Source: an uncultured Verrucomicrobiae bacterium (lineage in GTDB: Bacteria > Verrucomicrobiota > Verrucomicrobiia > Chthoniobacterales > Chthoniobacteraceae). Taken from it: a stretch of DNA of 64,000 bases. Shown here one piece after another: positions 51,041 to 61,790 of the stretch. The stretch is from positions 224,001 to 288,000 of the forward strand of contig CAVYKI010000002.1 of NCBI GenBank assembly GCA_963769025.1, in the 5' to 3' direction. The position numbers and the translations under genes are program-made. Under the pieces are notes generated by a model. That model saw only the letters and a program-made list of their open reading frames with translations. It did no database searches and had not been told where the DNA came from. Numbering within the stretch: position 1 is the stretch's first letter; every line of letters starts with the position of its first letter.

Positions 51041-53152
51041 TCAGACCACTTCCTGCAATGACGCCCCGCCGGCCGAGGGCTCCAGGGCGTTGCGGATGAT
51101 GGCGGTGAGCTTTCCGGAAAAATAGGGCTTGGGCAGGTAGTTCACGCCGTCCTCGAGGTGCACGCCGCTGCCGAACAGTTCGCTGCTGTAGCCGCTCGTA
51201 TAGATCACCTTGAGGTTCGGCTTGCTTGCGATGCAGTGGCGCGCGACGTCCAGCCCGTTCGCCTCGCCCGGCATGACCATGTCGGTGAGCAGGAGATCCA
51301 CCTCGTCCCTGCATCCGTGCCAGCGCTCGATGGCAGCATCGCCGGTTTCCGCCTCGATGACGTTGTAATTGAAGCTCTGAAGCACCTCGACCACGAGGGA
51401 GCGCACAGCCTCGTCGTCCTCCACGACCATGATCGTATGGCCGCCGTCGTCCGCGACCGCGTCGGGCTGGTGCATCTCGCCGTGGTCCGGTGCGCGAGTC
51501 GTCGAGGGAAGGTAAACGCGGAAGGTGCTTCCCTTGCCGGGGGCGGAGTCCACCTCCACCCAGCCCTCATGCTGCTTGAGAATGCCGTACACGGTCGCGA
51601 GGCCCATGCCCGTGCCCTTGTTCAGCCCCTTGGTCGTGAAGAACGGCTCGAAGATCCGGTTGCGCGTCGCCTCGTCCATCCCGGTGCCGGTGTCGGCGAC
51701 GGCGAGGCAGATGAACTCGCCGGGACGCGCGTCGGGATGCCGCGCGGAGGCTTCGCTGCCGAGGAGGAGATGCGAAGTGGTGATCGTGATCGTCCCGCCG
51801 TCGGGCATCGCGTCGCGGCTGTTCAGCACGAGATTCATCACCACCTGCTCGACGCTGGTGACATCGGCGAACACCGCACGAAGGCCGTCGGCGAGCGTTG
51901 TCTGCAGGGCGACCTTTTCGCCCAGCAGCCTGTGGAGCATGGCGCCGAGATTGTGGATCGTCTTGTTCAGGTCGAGGACCTGCGGGCGGACCATGTTACG
52001 CCGGCTGAAGGTGAGCAGCTTGCGCGTGAGGTCCGCAGCGCGGCCGGCGGCGCTGCTGATTTGAGTGAGGGAATTCGAAACCGCGGGAGGCGCCCCGGCC
52101 GAGTTCCGGTGCAGGCTCGCGTGGCCTTGGATGATGGTGAGCAGATTGTTGAAGTCGTGCGCGATTCCCGCCGCAAGCTGGCCGATGGCCTCCATCTTCT
52201 GCGCCTGGCGGAGCTGGTTTTCGAGATGGAGCCGGTCGGAGATGTCCTGCGCCATGAGCAGAATGTGCGGCTCGCCCGCGATGGTGAGCGGCTCCAGCGA
52301 GACGAGCGCACTGCGCAGCTCGCCGTCGCGCCCGCCGATCTGCGCCTCCATGTTGCGCACGACTTTGCCGTCGCGCACGGACTGCAGAAAGCGCGTCTCG
52401 TAGTCGAGGCAGAGGCCGAGTTCCAGCGGCGTGTGCCCGGTGACTTCCTCGCGGGTGAAGCCCGTCATCGCGAGGAAGGCATCATTCACGTCCACAAAGC
52501 GCTGGGCCTTGAGCGTCTGGATCGCCTGCGCGATGGGGCTGTTTTGGAAAGCCTTCGTAAACCGCTCCTCGGACAGCGCGTGTTCCTCACTGGCCCGCTG
52601 GAAGGCCGATGTCCGCACGGTGACCATCGACTCGAGTTCGTCGAGCTGCCATTCGGCCTGCCGGGTCACCAGCCATTTTTTTGTCAGCGCGTGCGCCATC
52701 TGCAGCACCTCGGCGCTGTCGAATGGCTTCTTCAGCAGCACGAGATTGTCGCTGATGCCGAGCCGCTCCGTCATCGCCTCCCACGAATAGTCGGAGAACG
52801 CCGTGCAGACGACGACCTGCAGCGACGGATCCACCTTCCAGAGCTGCTCGATGGTCTCGATGCCGTCCCAGCCCGGAGGCATCCGCACATCCATGAACGC
52901 CAGCGCGTACGGTTCACCTTTTTGGATGGCCTGACGCACTTTCTCGAGTGCCTCCTGACCCTGAAATGCGGATTCGATCGTGAAATTCGCCAGCCCGTGC
53001 TTTGCGCGCGGCTTCTCCTCGAAGAGCATGGCCTCCGCGTCGTCGAGCGCGTCGTTCCGCACCTGCGACTCCAGCAGGACCTTCTTGAAATCCTCGTGGA
53101 TCGCCGGGTTGTCATCCACCAGCAGGATGCGCCGGTTGGCGTTCAGGATCAT
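51041..53152 (-). CDS. Hybrid sensor histidine kinase (REC-PAS-HisKA-HATPase-REC)
   Basis: LLVDDN, MDVRMPPGWDG, GIAHDFNN, NSRDAM, DTGTG, FEPFFTTK, GTGMGL and a C-terminal REC (LLTDMVMP). AAGGAGG SD upstream. Confidence 0.95.
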   Translation of the reverse strand: MILNANRRILLVDDNPAIHEDFKKVLLESQVRNDALDDAEAMLFEEKPRAKHGLANFTIESAFQGQEALEKVRQAIQKGEPYALAFMDVRMPPGWDGIETIEQLWKVDPSLQVVVCTAFSDYSWEAMTERLGISDNLVLLKKPFDSAEVLQMAHALTKKWLVTRQAEWQLDELESMVTVRTSAFQRASEEHALSEERFTKAFQNSPIAQAIQTLKAQRFVDVNDAFLAMTGFTREEVTGHTPLELGLCLDYETRFLQSVRDGKVVRNMEAQIGGRDGELRSALVSLEPLTIAGEPHILLMAQDISDRLHLENQLRQAQKMEAIGQLAAGIAHDFNNLLTIIQGHASLHRNSAGAPPAVSNSLTQISSAAGRAADLTRKLLTFSRRNMVRPQVLDLNKTIHNLGAMLHRLLGEKVALQTTLADGLRAVFADVTSVEQVVMNLVLNSRDAMPDGGTITITTSHLLLGSEASARHPDARPGEFICLAVADTGTGMDEATRNRIFEPFFTTKGLNKGTGMGLATVYGILKQHEGWVEVDSAPGKGSTFRVYLPSTTRAPDHGEMHQPDAVADDGGHTIMVVEDDEAVRSLVVEVLQSFNYNVIEAETGDAAIERWHGCRDEVDLLLTDMVMPGEANGLDVARHCIASKPNLKVIYTSGYSSELFGSGVHLEDGVNYLPKPYFSGKLTAIIRNALEPSAGGASLQEVV

Positions 53153-53493
53153 GCCGACGCCTCCTTGCGGGCAGGCCCCGTGCCCGTATCAGCGGTGTCC
53201 GGAAACGCGCGTCGGGCCGCCAGACCGCAGGTCTGTCGGTCGCAGGGAAGCGGGTCGGCGCTCCCCGGTTTCCGGGAGTTGTTCTTCAGCATGTCGGCGA
53301 TGTGGCTGGCTTTCAGGGCCATTACCCTAGCAATTCCAGTTCCACGGCCGTCTCTCTTGCGGCGATAGACAAAATTTCATTTTTCCCAGTCGGCTGCCCA
53401 GTGGCCTGGCCTAAGATGGCGGCCCGGAGGCCCGGCCTAAGATTTTCCGCGACTCCGGGCTCTCCCTGCGCTCACATCCCGACTCTCCAACCC

Positions 53494-54324
53494 ATGACCA
53501 CGACCCCGCGCATCCTCACAGCCCTCATCGCCACCACCACCCTCGCCTTCGCCGAGGACAAGCCGAAAAAGCCTATCGGCTATCAGGACACGCCCGTCAT
53601 CCCCGGCACGAAGTGGCACGTCCATGACGGCGAGCGCCCGCAGCCCGTGGTCGTAACGCCCGGCGCAAAGCCCGGCGACGCCCCGAGCGATGCGATCGTC
53701 CTTTTCGACGGCAAGGATTTTTCAAAATGGAAGAGCTCCAAGGGTGACGAGGCGAAGTGGAAGGTCGAGAATGGCTACGTCGAAGTCGCTCCGAAGAGTG
53801 GCGATGTCTTTACGAAGGATGAGTTCGGCCCCGACTTCCAACTCCACCTCGAATTCGCCACCCCGCCGCCCGTCGGCGACGGCCAGGGCCGCGGCAACAG
53901 CGGCATCTTCCTCTTCGGCAAATACGAAATCCAGATCCTCGACAGCTACCAAAACCCCACCTACGCCGACGGCGGCGCCACCGCCATCTACGGCTACATG
54001 CCCCCGCGCGTGAACGCCTCGCGCCCTCCCGGCCAGTGGCAGACCTACGACATCCTCTGCGAAGGACCCCGCTTCAAGGACGGCAAACTCGCGAAGCCGC
54101 TCACGGTCACCGTCCTCCATAACGGAGTCGTGACACAAAACCACACCGCCCTCATCGGCGGCACCCCGCACAAGCAGGTCGGCACCTACGCCGCGCACGG
54201 CGAGAAAGGCCCGCTCAAGCTCCAGGACCACGGCAATCCGATGCGTTTCCGCAACATCTGGATCCGCGAAATCCACATGCCCACCGCCGCCGACATCGGC
54301 GACGGCCCGAAGATCGGCCAGTAG
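53494..54324 (+). CDS. DUF1080 / 3-keto-disaccharide hydrolase-domain protein, secreted
   Basis: PSDAIVLFDG, GNSG, YEIQILDS, WQTYDI, LQDHG..MRFRNIW. Confidence 0.9.
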   Translation: MTTTPRILTALIATTTLAFAEDKPKKPIGYQDTPVIPGTKWHVHDGERPQPVVVTPGAKPGDAPSDAIVLFDGKDFSKWKSSKGDEAKWKVENGYVEVAPKSGDVFTKDEFGPDFQLHLEFATPPPVGDGQGRGNSGIFLFGKYEIQILDSYQNPTYADGGATAIYGYMPPRVNASRPPGQWQTYDILCEGPRFKDGKLAKPLTVTVLHNGVVTQNHTALIGGTPHKQVGTYAAHGEKGPLKLQDHGNPMRFRNIWIREIHMPTAADIGDGPKIGQ

Positions 54325-54426
54325 CCCCGGAGCCGCCGACGGAACGAATGGCGCGGAGCGACAGCTCCGCCGGACTTGGACCCGCAGCGCAGCGCCACTG
54401 ACCCGCTGACGTACGTGCGGCGGGTT

Positions 54427-55158
54427 CTACTTTCCCGCCATCGCCTCGTAGTGCAGCCGGGCGACCTGGCCCATGTAGCCGGGGCCGCCGCGGGCGCCGG
54501 ACTTGAGCGCGAGGTCGACGGCCTTGGCGAGATGTTCGCGGGCGGCGTCCTTCTGGCCGAGGAGATCCTCGTTCAGGCCGACGTAGTAGTGGGCGAAGAA
54601 CATCACGAGCGCATCTTCGCCGAGGCCCTTCTTCTCCATCTCGGCGAGCACCTCCGCGCCGGTCTTTTTCCCGGCGAACATCTCGTACAGCGCGGGGAAC
54701 GGCTCGCGGTCGAAGCGCGTGTATCCGAGCATCGCGGTGCGCGCCTTTTCGATGCCGACGACACGCGCATTTGCGAGGAACTGCCACACGCCGTTCTCGC
54801 GGTCGCGGCTGTCGTAGGCGTGATATTTCTCAAACTGCTTCGCCGACTTCGCGAAGTCGCCCGCGAAGAGATACGCGATGCCGAGCCGCCAGTGCTGCAC
54901 ATCGTGCGAGGGCTCGATGGTGATTTCCTTTTCAAAGTCCGCGACCGCGCCTTTTGCATCGCCGAGGAAAAGCCGCGCATCTCCGCGCCGCGTGAGCCAC
55001 TCCGCGCTCGACGGCTCCTTCGCGAGCGCCGCGTCCGCCTCGGTTCGTGATTTCTCAAATGCGGAGATCATCGCCGCGCGCACTTCTGCGGAAATCGGTG
55101 GCTCGGCGGCGAAGGTGGCGGACACGACGTAGAGGAGGGGGAGAAGGAATCGGATCAT
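54427..55158 (-). CDS. Secreted TPR protein (NlpI-like)
   Basis: Signal peptide, RGDARLFLGD..GAVADF, HWRLGIAY, DRENGVW, FAHYYVGL. Confidence 0.75.
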   Translation of the reverse strand: MIRFLLPLLYVVSATFAAEPPISAEVRAAMISAFEKSRTEADAALAKEPSSAEWLTRRGDARLFLGDAKGAVADFEKEITIEPSHDVQHWRLGIAYLFAGDFAKSAKQFEKYHAYDSRDRENGVWQFLANARVVGIEKARTAMLGYTRFDREPFPALYEMFAGKKTGAEVLAEMEKKGLGEDALVMFFAHYYVGLNEDLLGQKDAAREHLAKAVDLALKSGARGGPGYMGQVARLHYEAMAGK

Positions 55159-55296
55159 GGGGAGGGAAGTAGGAGCGAGTTTTCCGATGCGGGATGCAGG
55201 ATGCAACAGCGCAGCCACGGAAAGCGCGGCACACGCGGCGCGTCGTGCAGAGCTTTGACGCCGTCCCACATTGCGTATCCAGTGCGGCTTCCTTCC

Positions 55297-56871
55297 ATGA
55301 GAATCATTTCCTCCGCCATTTGCTGCATCGCGTTGCTCGTTATCGCCGGTTGCGAGAAAAAGTACCAGCTCTCGGAGGATCGCGGAAAAGCGGAGCATGT
55401 CGTGGTGATGGTGTGGGACGGGATGCGGCCCGACCTCGTGAGCGAGCAGAATACGCCGAACCTCTGGGCGCTCGCGAAGCGCGGGGTGTTCTTTGCGAAT
55501 CATCACCCGGCGTTTCCCTCCACGACCGAGGTGAACGGCACGGCACTCGCCTCCGGCCTGCAGCCGGGGCGGAGCGGCATCATCGGCAACCGCGAATACC
55601 GCCCGGCGATCGACCCGCGCAAAGCCGTGGCGACCGAGGAACTCGAGGTGGTGCGCAAGGGCGACGAACTCACGAACGGAAAACACATCACCGGTGCGAC
55701 CGTGGCCGAGACGGTGCAGCAGGCGGGCTTCCGCACCGCGGTGGCGGGGACGAAACCCGTGGCGATTTTGCAGGATCGCTCGGAGGCGCGCACATCGAAG
55801 GCGGCGCGCGAGTCGGTCGCCGTGTATTCGGGCAAGAGCGTGCCCGCAGCCGCGTTGGCGGAATTGAGCAAGGCCCACGGCGATTTCCCGACGCCGATCA
55901 AGTTTCCCAACACCGCCCAGGATCGCTGGACGACGGACGTGCTTACCGGAGAATTATGGAAGGCTGGCGTGCCGAAGTACTCCGTCGTCTGGATGAGCGA
56001 CCCGGATTTTTCCCAGCACTTCACCGCTCCCGGCGCGCCGCTGGCGCTCGATGCCCTCCGCCGCTCGGACGAACATCTCGGCCTCGTCGTCGCCGCGCTG
56101 AAGGCGAGGGGCGTGCTCGACAAGACGGACATCTTCGTCGTCTCCGACCACGGCTTCTCCACCGTCACGCAAAACGTGGATCTCGCGCAGCTGCTCACCG
56201 ACGCGGGGCTGCGCGCGCGCAGGGTGTTCAATGCGCCTCCGGAGAAGGGCGACATCCTCATCGTCGGCACCGGCGCGACCGCGCTGATCTATGTGACCGG
56301 CCACGACGCGGAGACCACCGCGAAGGCCGTAAGCGTGCTCCAGGCCGCGCCGTCGAGCGGCGTCATCTTCACCCGCGAACCGGCGGAGGGGACATTCCCG
56401 CTCGCCGCCGCCGGGATCGATTCAGCCGATGCGCCCGATGTCGTCGTGGCTCCGCGCTGGAGCGCGGAAAAGAACGAGTTCGGCGTGCCGGGGACGCTGG
56501 TTTACGACGCCGGGAAGAAACTCGGCGCTGGAATGCACGGCTCGCTGAGCCCCTTTGATCAGACGAATACGCTCATCGCCGCCGGGCCGGACATCCTCAG
56601 CGGCGTGCGGAGCGAACTGCCCTCGGGGAACATTGACGTCGCGCCCACCGTGCTCTGGCTCATGGGCATCCGCCCGCTCGCGAAGCTCGATGGCCGCGTC
56701 CTTTTCGAAGCCATCCGCGATCGCAAAGCCGAAGGCGCGAAGCCGGAGGAGAAGCGCATCGAGGCCGCGCGCGACCTCGGCACCGTCCGTTGGACTCAAT
56801 ACCTCCGCACCGTGACCTATCAGGGCGCGACCTACTTCATCGAGGGCAACGGGGAGCAGGTCGGGAAATAG
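55297..56871 (+). CDS. Alkaline phosphatase superfamily (nucleotide pyrophosphatase/phosphodiesterase) lipoprotein
   Basis: Lipobox-like LVIAGC, WDGMRPD, FPSTT, DPDFSQH, VSDHG, GMHGS, DVAPT. Confidence 0.88.
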   Translation: MRIISSAICCIALLVIAGCEKKYQLSEDRGKAEHVVVMVWDGMRPDLVSEQNTPNLWALAKRGVFFANHHPAFPSTTEVNGTALASGLQPGRSGIIGNREYRPAIDPRKAVATEELEVVRKGDELTNGKHITGATVAETVQQAGFRTAVAGTKPVAILQDRSEARTSKAARESVAVYSGKSVPAAALAELSKAHGDFPTPIKFPNTAQDRWTTDVLTGELWKAGVPKYSVVWMSDPDFSQHFTAPGAPLALDALRRSDEHLGLVVAALKARGVLDKTDIFVVSDHGFSTVTQNVDLAQLLTDAGLRARRVFNAPPEKGDILIVGTGATALIYVTGHDAETTAKAVSVLQAAPSSGVIFTREPAEGTFPLAAAGIDSADAPDVVVAPRWSAEKNEFGVPGTLVYDAGKKLGAGMHGSLSPFDQTNTLIAAGPDILSGVRSELPSGNIDVAPTVLWLMGIRPLAKLDGRVLFEAIRDRKAEGAKPEEKRIEAARDLGTVRWTQYLRTVTYQGATYFIEGNGEQVGK

Positions 56872-56901
56872 CGGACCGCCGGCGCACCGCCCGGCGAGCA
56901 G

Positions 56902-57693
56902 TCACGGCTGCGAGTGTTGCTTGAAAAACTTCACGATGAGCGCGGGCGCCTCGCTCGCGTAGGCGTGCGTGCCGGGATGGATGAAGGTCACGACCGGCGC
57001 ACCGATCTTCGACGGGTAAAGCGTGCAGCCGGTCACGCCTTCCCACGGCTGGCCTTCGCCGCACTCGTTGAGTTTTCGGACGGCTTCGATGGTGTTTTTC
57101 TGCCAAGTGAACTTCACGAGCGGATCATTTTCTCCCGCAATGTGAATCATCGGCTTGGGCTTCAGCATCGGCCGGTTTCGCATCGCGGCCACGGCGGACG
57201 GTGCGAATGCGGCGAATTTCTCGCCGCGCGTCATCCACAGCAGATAGCTGAATCCGCCGCCATTCGAGTGACCGGTCGAATAGATGCGCTTTGGGTCCAC
57301 TTTGAAATCCGCCTGAAGCGAGGCGAGCATCGCGTCGAAAAACTTCAGGTCGCGGTCGCCCTGGACGCCGGGTCCGTGCTGCCAGCCCGGCTTTTTCCCC
57401 TCGGGGTCAGTGAGCTGGCCCGGCGTGTTCAGGCCCTGTGGATAGACGACGATGGCCTCGGGCCAAAGGGTGTGAATGTGATACATCCGGGCGGAATTGT
57501 TCATGTTCCCGCCGTGGCCGTGAAAGCCGAAGACGACGGGCGTCGCCTCGCTTTTCGCTTTCGATGGGACCGAAATCAGCGCCTCGCGGGCGACGCCATC
57601 CACGGTCCATTCGCGGCGGGCGAGGGGATCCGCTGTAGCGGCGGCGTTCAATGCTGCGAGGACGAGGGAGAGGAGGAAGACGGGTGATTTCAT
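56902..57693 (-). CDS. Secreted esterase (LpqC / PHB-depolymerase-like)
   Basis: FHGHGG, VYPQG, TGHSNGG, G.NDP, GTH. Confidence 0.85.
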   Translation of the reverse strand: MKSPVFLLSLVLAALNAAATADPLARREWTVDGVAREALISVPSKAKSEATPVVFGFHGHGGNMNNSARMYHIHTLWPEAIVVYPQGLNTPGQLTDPEGKKPGWQHGPGVQGDRDLKFFDAMLASLQADFKVDPKRIYSTGHSNGGGFSYLLWMTRGEKFAAFAPSAVAAMRNRPMLKPKPMIHIAGENDPLVKFTWQKNTIEAVRKLNECGEGQPWEGVTGCTLYPSKIGAPVVTFIHPGTHAYASEAPALIVKFFKQHSQP

Positions 57694-57751
57694 GCGGTGT
57701 GAAACTCCGGCGCGCTCCGGAAGTCTGGCCGTCGGTGAGTTGCTGCGAAAT

Positions 57752-59950
57752 TCATCTCACCTGCTTCGCAAGCTCCGTGCAGCCCTGGATGTCGAGCTTG
57801 CCGCTGGCGAGCACAGGAATTTGCGGCACCTGCAAAATGTGGCGGGGAATCCAGAGATTTGGCAGCCCGGCGGCCGCGAGCTTTTCCCGGAGTTCGTTCT
57901 GCGTGATCTCGCGCGTGGTGAGCACGACGAGCGCCTCGCCCTTCGCCTCGTCCGGCGTACTCGAGATGGCGACGACACGCTCGCCTTCCGCGCTGAAACC
58001 GAACGATTCGACGATCTTCGCCTCCACCGTCTCGTGCGGCACCATCTCGCCGGCAATTTTCGAGAACCGCGACAACCGTCCTTCGATGAACAGGAATCCA
58101 TCCTCGTCGAACCGCGCGAGGTCGCCCGTGCGGAACCAACCGTCACGGATCACATCCGCCGTGCGCGCGGGATCATCGAGGTAGCCGTCGAAGACATTCG
58201 GCCCCTTGAACCACAGCATTCCCTTTTCGTGCAACGAGAGCGGTGCGTCCGTCTCCGGGTGGCGGATTTGCGCGGCGAGGCCGGCGACGAGCTTGCCCGA
58301 GGAGCCGCGGCGGTTGGTCGCCTGTGAGGCATCGGCGACGCGGTTCGGCAGATTGAACGAGGCGACCGGGGATGTCTCCGTGAGTCCGTAGCCCTGCATC
58401 ACCTCGATGCCGAAGCGCTCGGCAAACACCTCGGAGAGTTCGTTGGGAAGCTTCTCCGCGCCGGTGACGAGCAGCTTCACGCTGCGGAACTGCTCCGGGG
58501 TTGCGCGCTTCAGGTAGCCGCGGAGGAAGGTGGGCGTCGCGAGGACGAGCGTGGCTCCGTGGCGCTCGATCAGCGCCGCGCACTTGGCCGCTTCGAGGGG
58601 GTTCGGATAGGTCACGATACGCATTCCCTCGATGACCGGATACAGCAGGCAGACGGTCGAGCCGAAGCTGTGGAAAAACGGGAGCGCGCCGAAAATGACG
58701 TCCGCCGAAGCGGGATCGAGCATGTCGCCGAACTGCCGTGTGTTCGCGAGCAGGTTGCGGTGGGTGAGCGCGACGCCCTTTGGCTCGCCGCTGCTGCCGC
58801 TGGTAAAGAGCAGAAACGCTTCGCGCCGGTCGCCGTCGCGCGGAATCCCGGCCAGCAGCCTGAGCACGCCGGCGGGCAGGATGCGCGAGAGCAGGAACCA
58901 CTTCACCGCGCCACGCCTTATCTGCGCCTTCAGTTCGTCGAGCAGGAGGACGTTTGCGGGCCACGGGAAATCCTTCAGCTTTCCGCGCATCGCGCCCGCT
59001 GTGATCGAGGTGCCGATTTCCGCCTTCCGGATGGAAGCCCGCAGCGCCGCTTCGCCGGCCGTGAAGTTCAGGTTCACGGGGATTTTCCCGGCGAAAAGCA
59101 CCGCGAGATTCGCAATCACCCCGCCCGCGCCGGAAGGCAACACGATGCCGACGCGTCGCTCCGGCACCTGCTCGCGCAAGATGCGCGACAGCGACAGCGC
59201 GGCGGCGAGCAGGCGGCCGCGCGGGTGTTGCGAGCCGTCGAGCCCGTCGATGAGCGCGATCGTCGATGGGGCTTTCATCAACCCGCGAAGGCAGGCGTCC
59301 GCGATGTGTCCGCGCAGGGAGTCGCGCTGCTGGTAGCAATACTCCCCAAGCTCGAGGAAGCGCTGGCGCACCGTCGCCGTGTCCGCATGCCGGGATTCCA
59401 TCGCTTCGCCGAACGCGACCGTGACGGGGAACCGGAACCGGACCGGCCTTTTCCAGAAAAAGCGTCCGCCGCGAAACGAGAAGACGCTGTCCCATGTCTG
59501 GTCCATCCACACCGGGACGACCGGGCACTTCGCCTGCCGGGCGATGATTTCGTAGCCTCGCTGGATGCGCAGCAGGGTGCCGCTCTTGGAGAGCTCGCCC
59601 TCGGGAAATATGCAGACGATTTCGCCGGCCTTGATGCGTTCCACGGCGATGCGGATGGCGTCCTTGGCGCGCGTGTTGGAAATCGGGATCGCTCCGATGA
59701 AATTCAGAAACGGCCGGAGGATCGGCGAATAGTAGTACGTCTCCCAGATGACGAAGCGGATCGTGCGCGGGCACGCGAGCTGGAGCAGGATGGCGTCGAT
59801 CCACGTGAGGTGATTCGGCAGCATCAGGAAACCGCCCTCCGGCAGCCGGTCGATGCCGTGCGCGGTGACCTTGTACGGGATCCTGATGATTGCCGTGAGG
59901 ACTTTGCGGATGAGCCATTCGGCGAAAGGGGGCGTTTGTTGCTGCTGCAC
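57752..59950 (-). CDS. aas: Bifunctional lysophospholipid acyltransferase / acyl-ACP synthetase (Aas-like)
   Basis: NHLTWID and FPEG (acyltransferase); FTSGSSGEPKG, GYGLTETSP, RTGD and SGKLD (adenylation). GTG start inferred. Confidence 0.88.
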   Translation of the reverse strand: MQQQQTPPFAEWLIRKVLTAIIRIPYKVTAHGIDRLPEGGFLMLPNHLTWIDAILLQLACPRTIRFVIWETYYYSPILRPFLNFIGAIPISNTRAKDAIRIAVERIKAGEIVCIFPEGELSKSGTLLRIQRGYEIIARQAKCPVVPVWMDQTWDSVFSFRGGRFFWKRPVRFRFPVTVAFGEAMESRHADTATVRQRFLELGEYCYQQRDSLRGHIADACLRGLMKAPSTIALIDGLDGSQHPRGRLLAAALSLSRILREQVPERRVGIVLPSGAGGVIANLAVLFAGKIPVNLNFTAGEAALRASIRKAEIGTSITAGAMRGKLKDFPWPANVLLLDELKAQIRRGAVKWFLLSRILPAGVLRLLAGIPRDGDRREAFLLFTSGSSGEPKGVALTHRNLLANTRQFGDMLDPASADVIFGALPFFHSFGSTVCLLYPVIEGMRIVTYPNPLEAAKCAALIERHGATLVLATPTFLRGYLKRATPEQFRSVKLLVTGAEKLPNELSEVFAERFGIEVMQGYGLTETSPVASFNLPNRVADASQATNRRGSSGKLVAGLAAQIRHPETDAPLSLHEKGMLWFKGPNVFDGYLDDPARTADVIRDGWFRTGDLARFDEDGFLFIEGRLSRFSKIAGEMVPHETVEAKIVESFGFSAEGERVVAISSTPDEAKGEALVVLTTREITQNELREKLAAAGLPNLWIPRHILQVPQIPVLASGKLDIQGCTELAKQVR

Positions 59951-60077
59951 GCCTCGGGAAGTAGCGGGATGCCGACGGGGCGGCAAGCAGGGTGTCCCGG
60001 CAAATGCCGCGAAATGGCCGCGCCCGGAATTCAGGGTGCGCCGGTCGCCACGCGCAGGGGAGCGGCTGCTCGCCGCG

Positions 60078-60997
60078 TTATGCGCCCTTTGGCGGAGTCG
60101 CGGATCGTTTCCAGGAACGCGGCACCGGTTTGTCGCCGGGCGGTTTTCCGTTGAGCTGCGGCGTGAGCCACTCGAGGCCGTCGAGATTGTCGAGCAGCCG
60201 CGCCTCCGCGTCTTCGCCCGTGTGGTTCAGGATTCCGACGGGGCCGCGCCAGCCGCTGTCGCGGATCACTCTCAGCAACTGGAGATCGAGTTCGCCCTGT
60301 GCGAGCGGGAGGATCTTGTCCCCGGCCCGGTCTCCGCCGCGCGTCATGCCGTTGAGGTTCAGCGCGAGCAGGTGCGGCTTCATCTTTTGGAGGAGCTGGG
60401 GAAATCGATCGAGGTGCCCGTGTCCGTGGTGCAGGTTGTACACGAGACCGACATTCGGCAGTCCGAGCTTCTCGATGATTTCGATCTGGTTCTCCGGTTC
60501 GCCAAACCACCCGCCGTGATTGTAGAGCGCAACCTTCAATCCCTGCGCCGCCGCGGCCTCGGCGATCGGGCGGATGCGCGCAGCCTCCTTTTCGACGCGC
60601 TCCTTCTGCTCCGCCGCGTCCTTCGTCGGCGCGCCGCCGCCGCTCACCCAGAGCTGCGGCTTCACGCCGTGGCGCTGGAAAAGGTCGAGCGTCTTCCTCG
60701 CCTCGTCGTTGAGCGATCCCGGGAAACCACCATGCCGTCAGCTCGATGTGGTGGCGTTTCAGCGCGTCGAGTTCCGCGTCCCACGTCGGGATGTGCTCCG
60801 CGCGGTAGTCGTAGGCGAATTTTTTGATGCCGAGCTTCTCCAGCATCGCGGCGCGTTCCTCCGGCCCGCGTTTCTTCGCGTCGAACGGAACGATGCACCA
60901 CGCGACGAGGTTGCTCTTTGTCAAAGAGCGCCGGTTCCGCCGCTCGTGCGGCGATGGCGAAAATGACGAGGAGCGGGAGGAGGGAGCGCAGCTTCAT
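60078..60997 (-). CDS. Secreted sugar phosphate isomerase/epimerase-like TIM-barrel protein with two +1 frameshifts (near 60918 and 60719)
   Basis: Signal peptide, NLVAWCIVPFD, ALYNHGGW, VYNLHH, PLAQG and GILNH across three frames. Confidence 0.75.
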
Positions 60998-61053
60998 GGC
61001 GGAAACTTCCGCCGAAGCGCGTGCGGAATGCGAGCGCGGATTCGGCCCCCGCG

Positions 61054-61743
61054 CTACAGAATCTCCACGGCCTGCGCGTTCATCGCCCAGAGCGCCTCGG
61101 CGTATTTTGCCCCGCAGGCGGCGCCGCGGTAGCGGGCGATGTTTGCCTTCGCGATTTGCGCGGCGTCGGGTTCCGCGGCGTCGAAGGGCTTGTTGCGCAC
61201 GAATGCCATGAGTTGGCCGAGCCATTCCATCGCGGTGATCCAGGTGTCGGTGACGTTCACGAAGGTGTTTGGCTCAAAGCCGATGGTGTGGCCGGGGCCG
61301 TTGTCGTAGCAGTAGATTTGCCGCGGCACGCGCGCCTTCGGGTCGCCAAGAATCGGACCGGCCTGGCGCAGGGCGATCTTGCTCAGGGCCGAGGCGGCTT
61401 CGTGATCGGGATGGCGATCGTGGTGCCAGAGCATGAAGGCCACGTCCGGCGCGACCTCGGCGACGACACGCGCGACGGCCGTCTTGCTTTCGCGCGTCAC
61501 CTCGATGCGGCCCGAGGCGAAATCGAGGAACCGCGTTTCGATCCCGTGGAAGTGCGCGAGCTCCGTGCTCGTCTGGAGCAGTTCGCGCTCGCGGCCTTTC
61601 ACCGGCGCCCAGTCTGTGTAATCGCCGATGAGCGAGAGCACGACCACGCGGTAGTCCTTGCGGACGGCGTCGAGGAGGATGCCGGGAATGCCGAAGACGC
61701 AGTCATCATAGTGGGCGCCGATGGCGAGGAGGGTCTTGGCCAT
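61054..61743 (-). CDS. PIG-L/LmbE family deacetylase
   Basis: AIGAHYDD, HPDH, PNTFVNVT, KYAEA. Confidence 0.85.
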   Translation of the reverse strand: MAKTLLAIGAHYDDCVFGIPGILLDAVRKDYRVVVLSLIGDYTDWAPVKGRERELLQTSTELAHFHGIETRFLDFASGRIEVTRESKTAVARVVAEVAPDVAFMLWHHDRHPDHEAASALSKIALRQAGPILGDPKARVPRQIYCYDNGPGHTIGFEPNTFVNVTDTWITAMEWLGQLMAFVRNKPFDAAEPDAAQIAKANIARYRGAACGAKYAEALWAMNAQAVEIL

Positions 61744-61790
61744 GCGAGGACGCTAGCGGGCAGGGCGGTGATTGCCAGCCGTGAAGCGCG

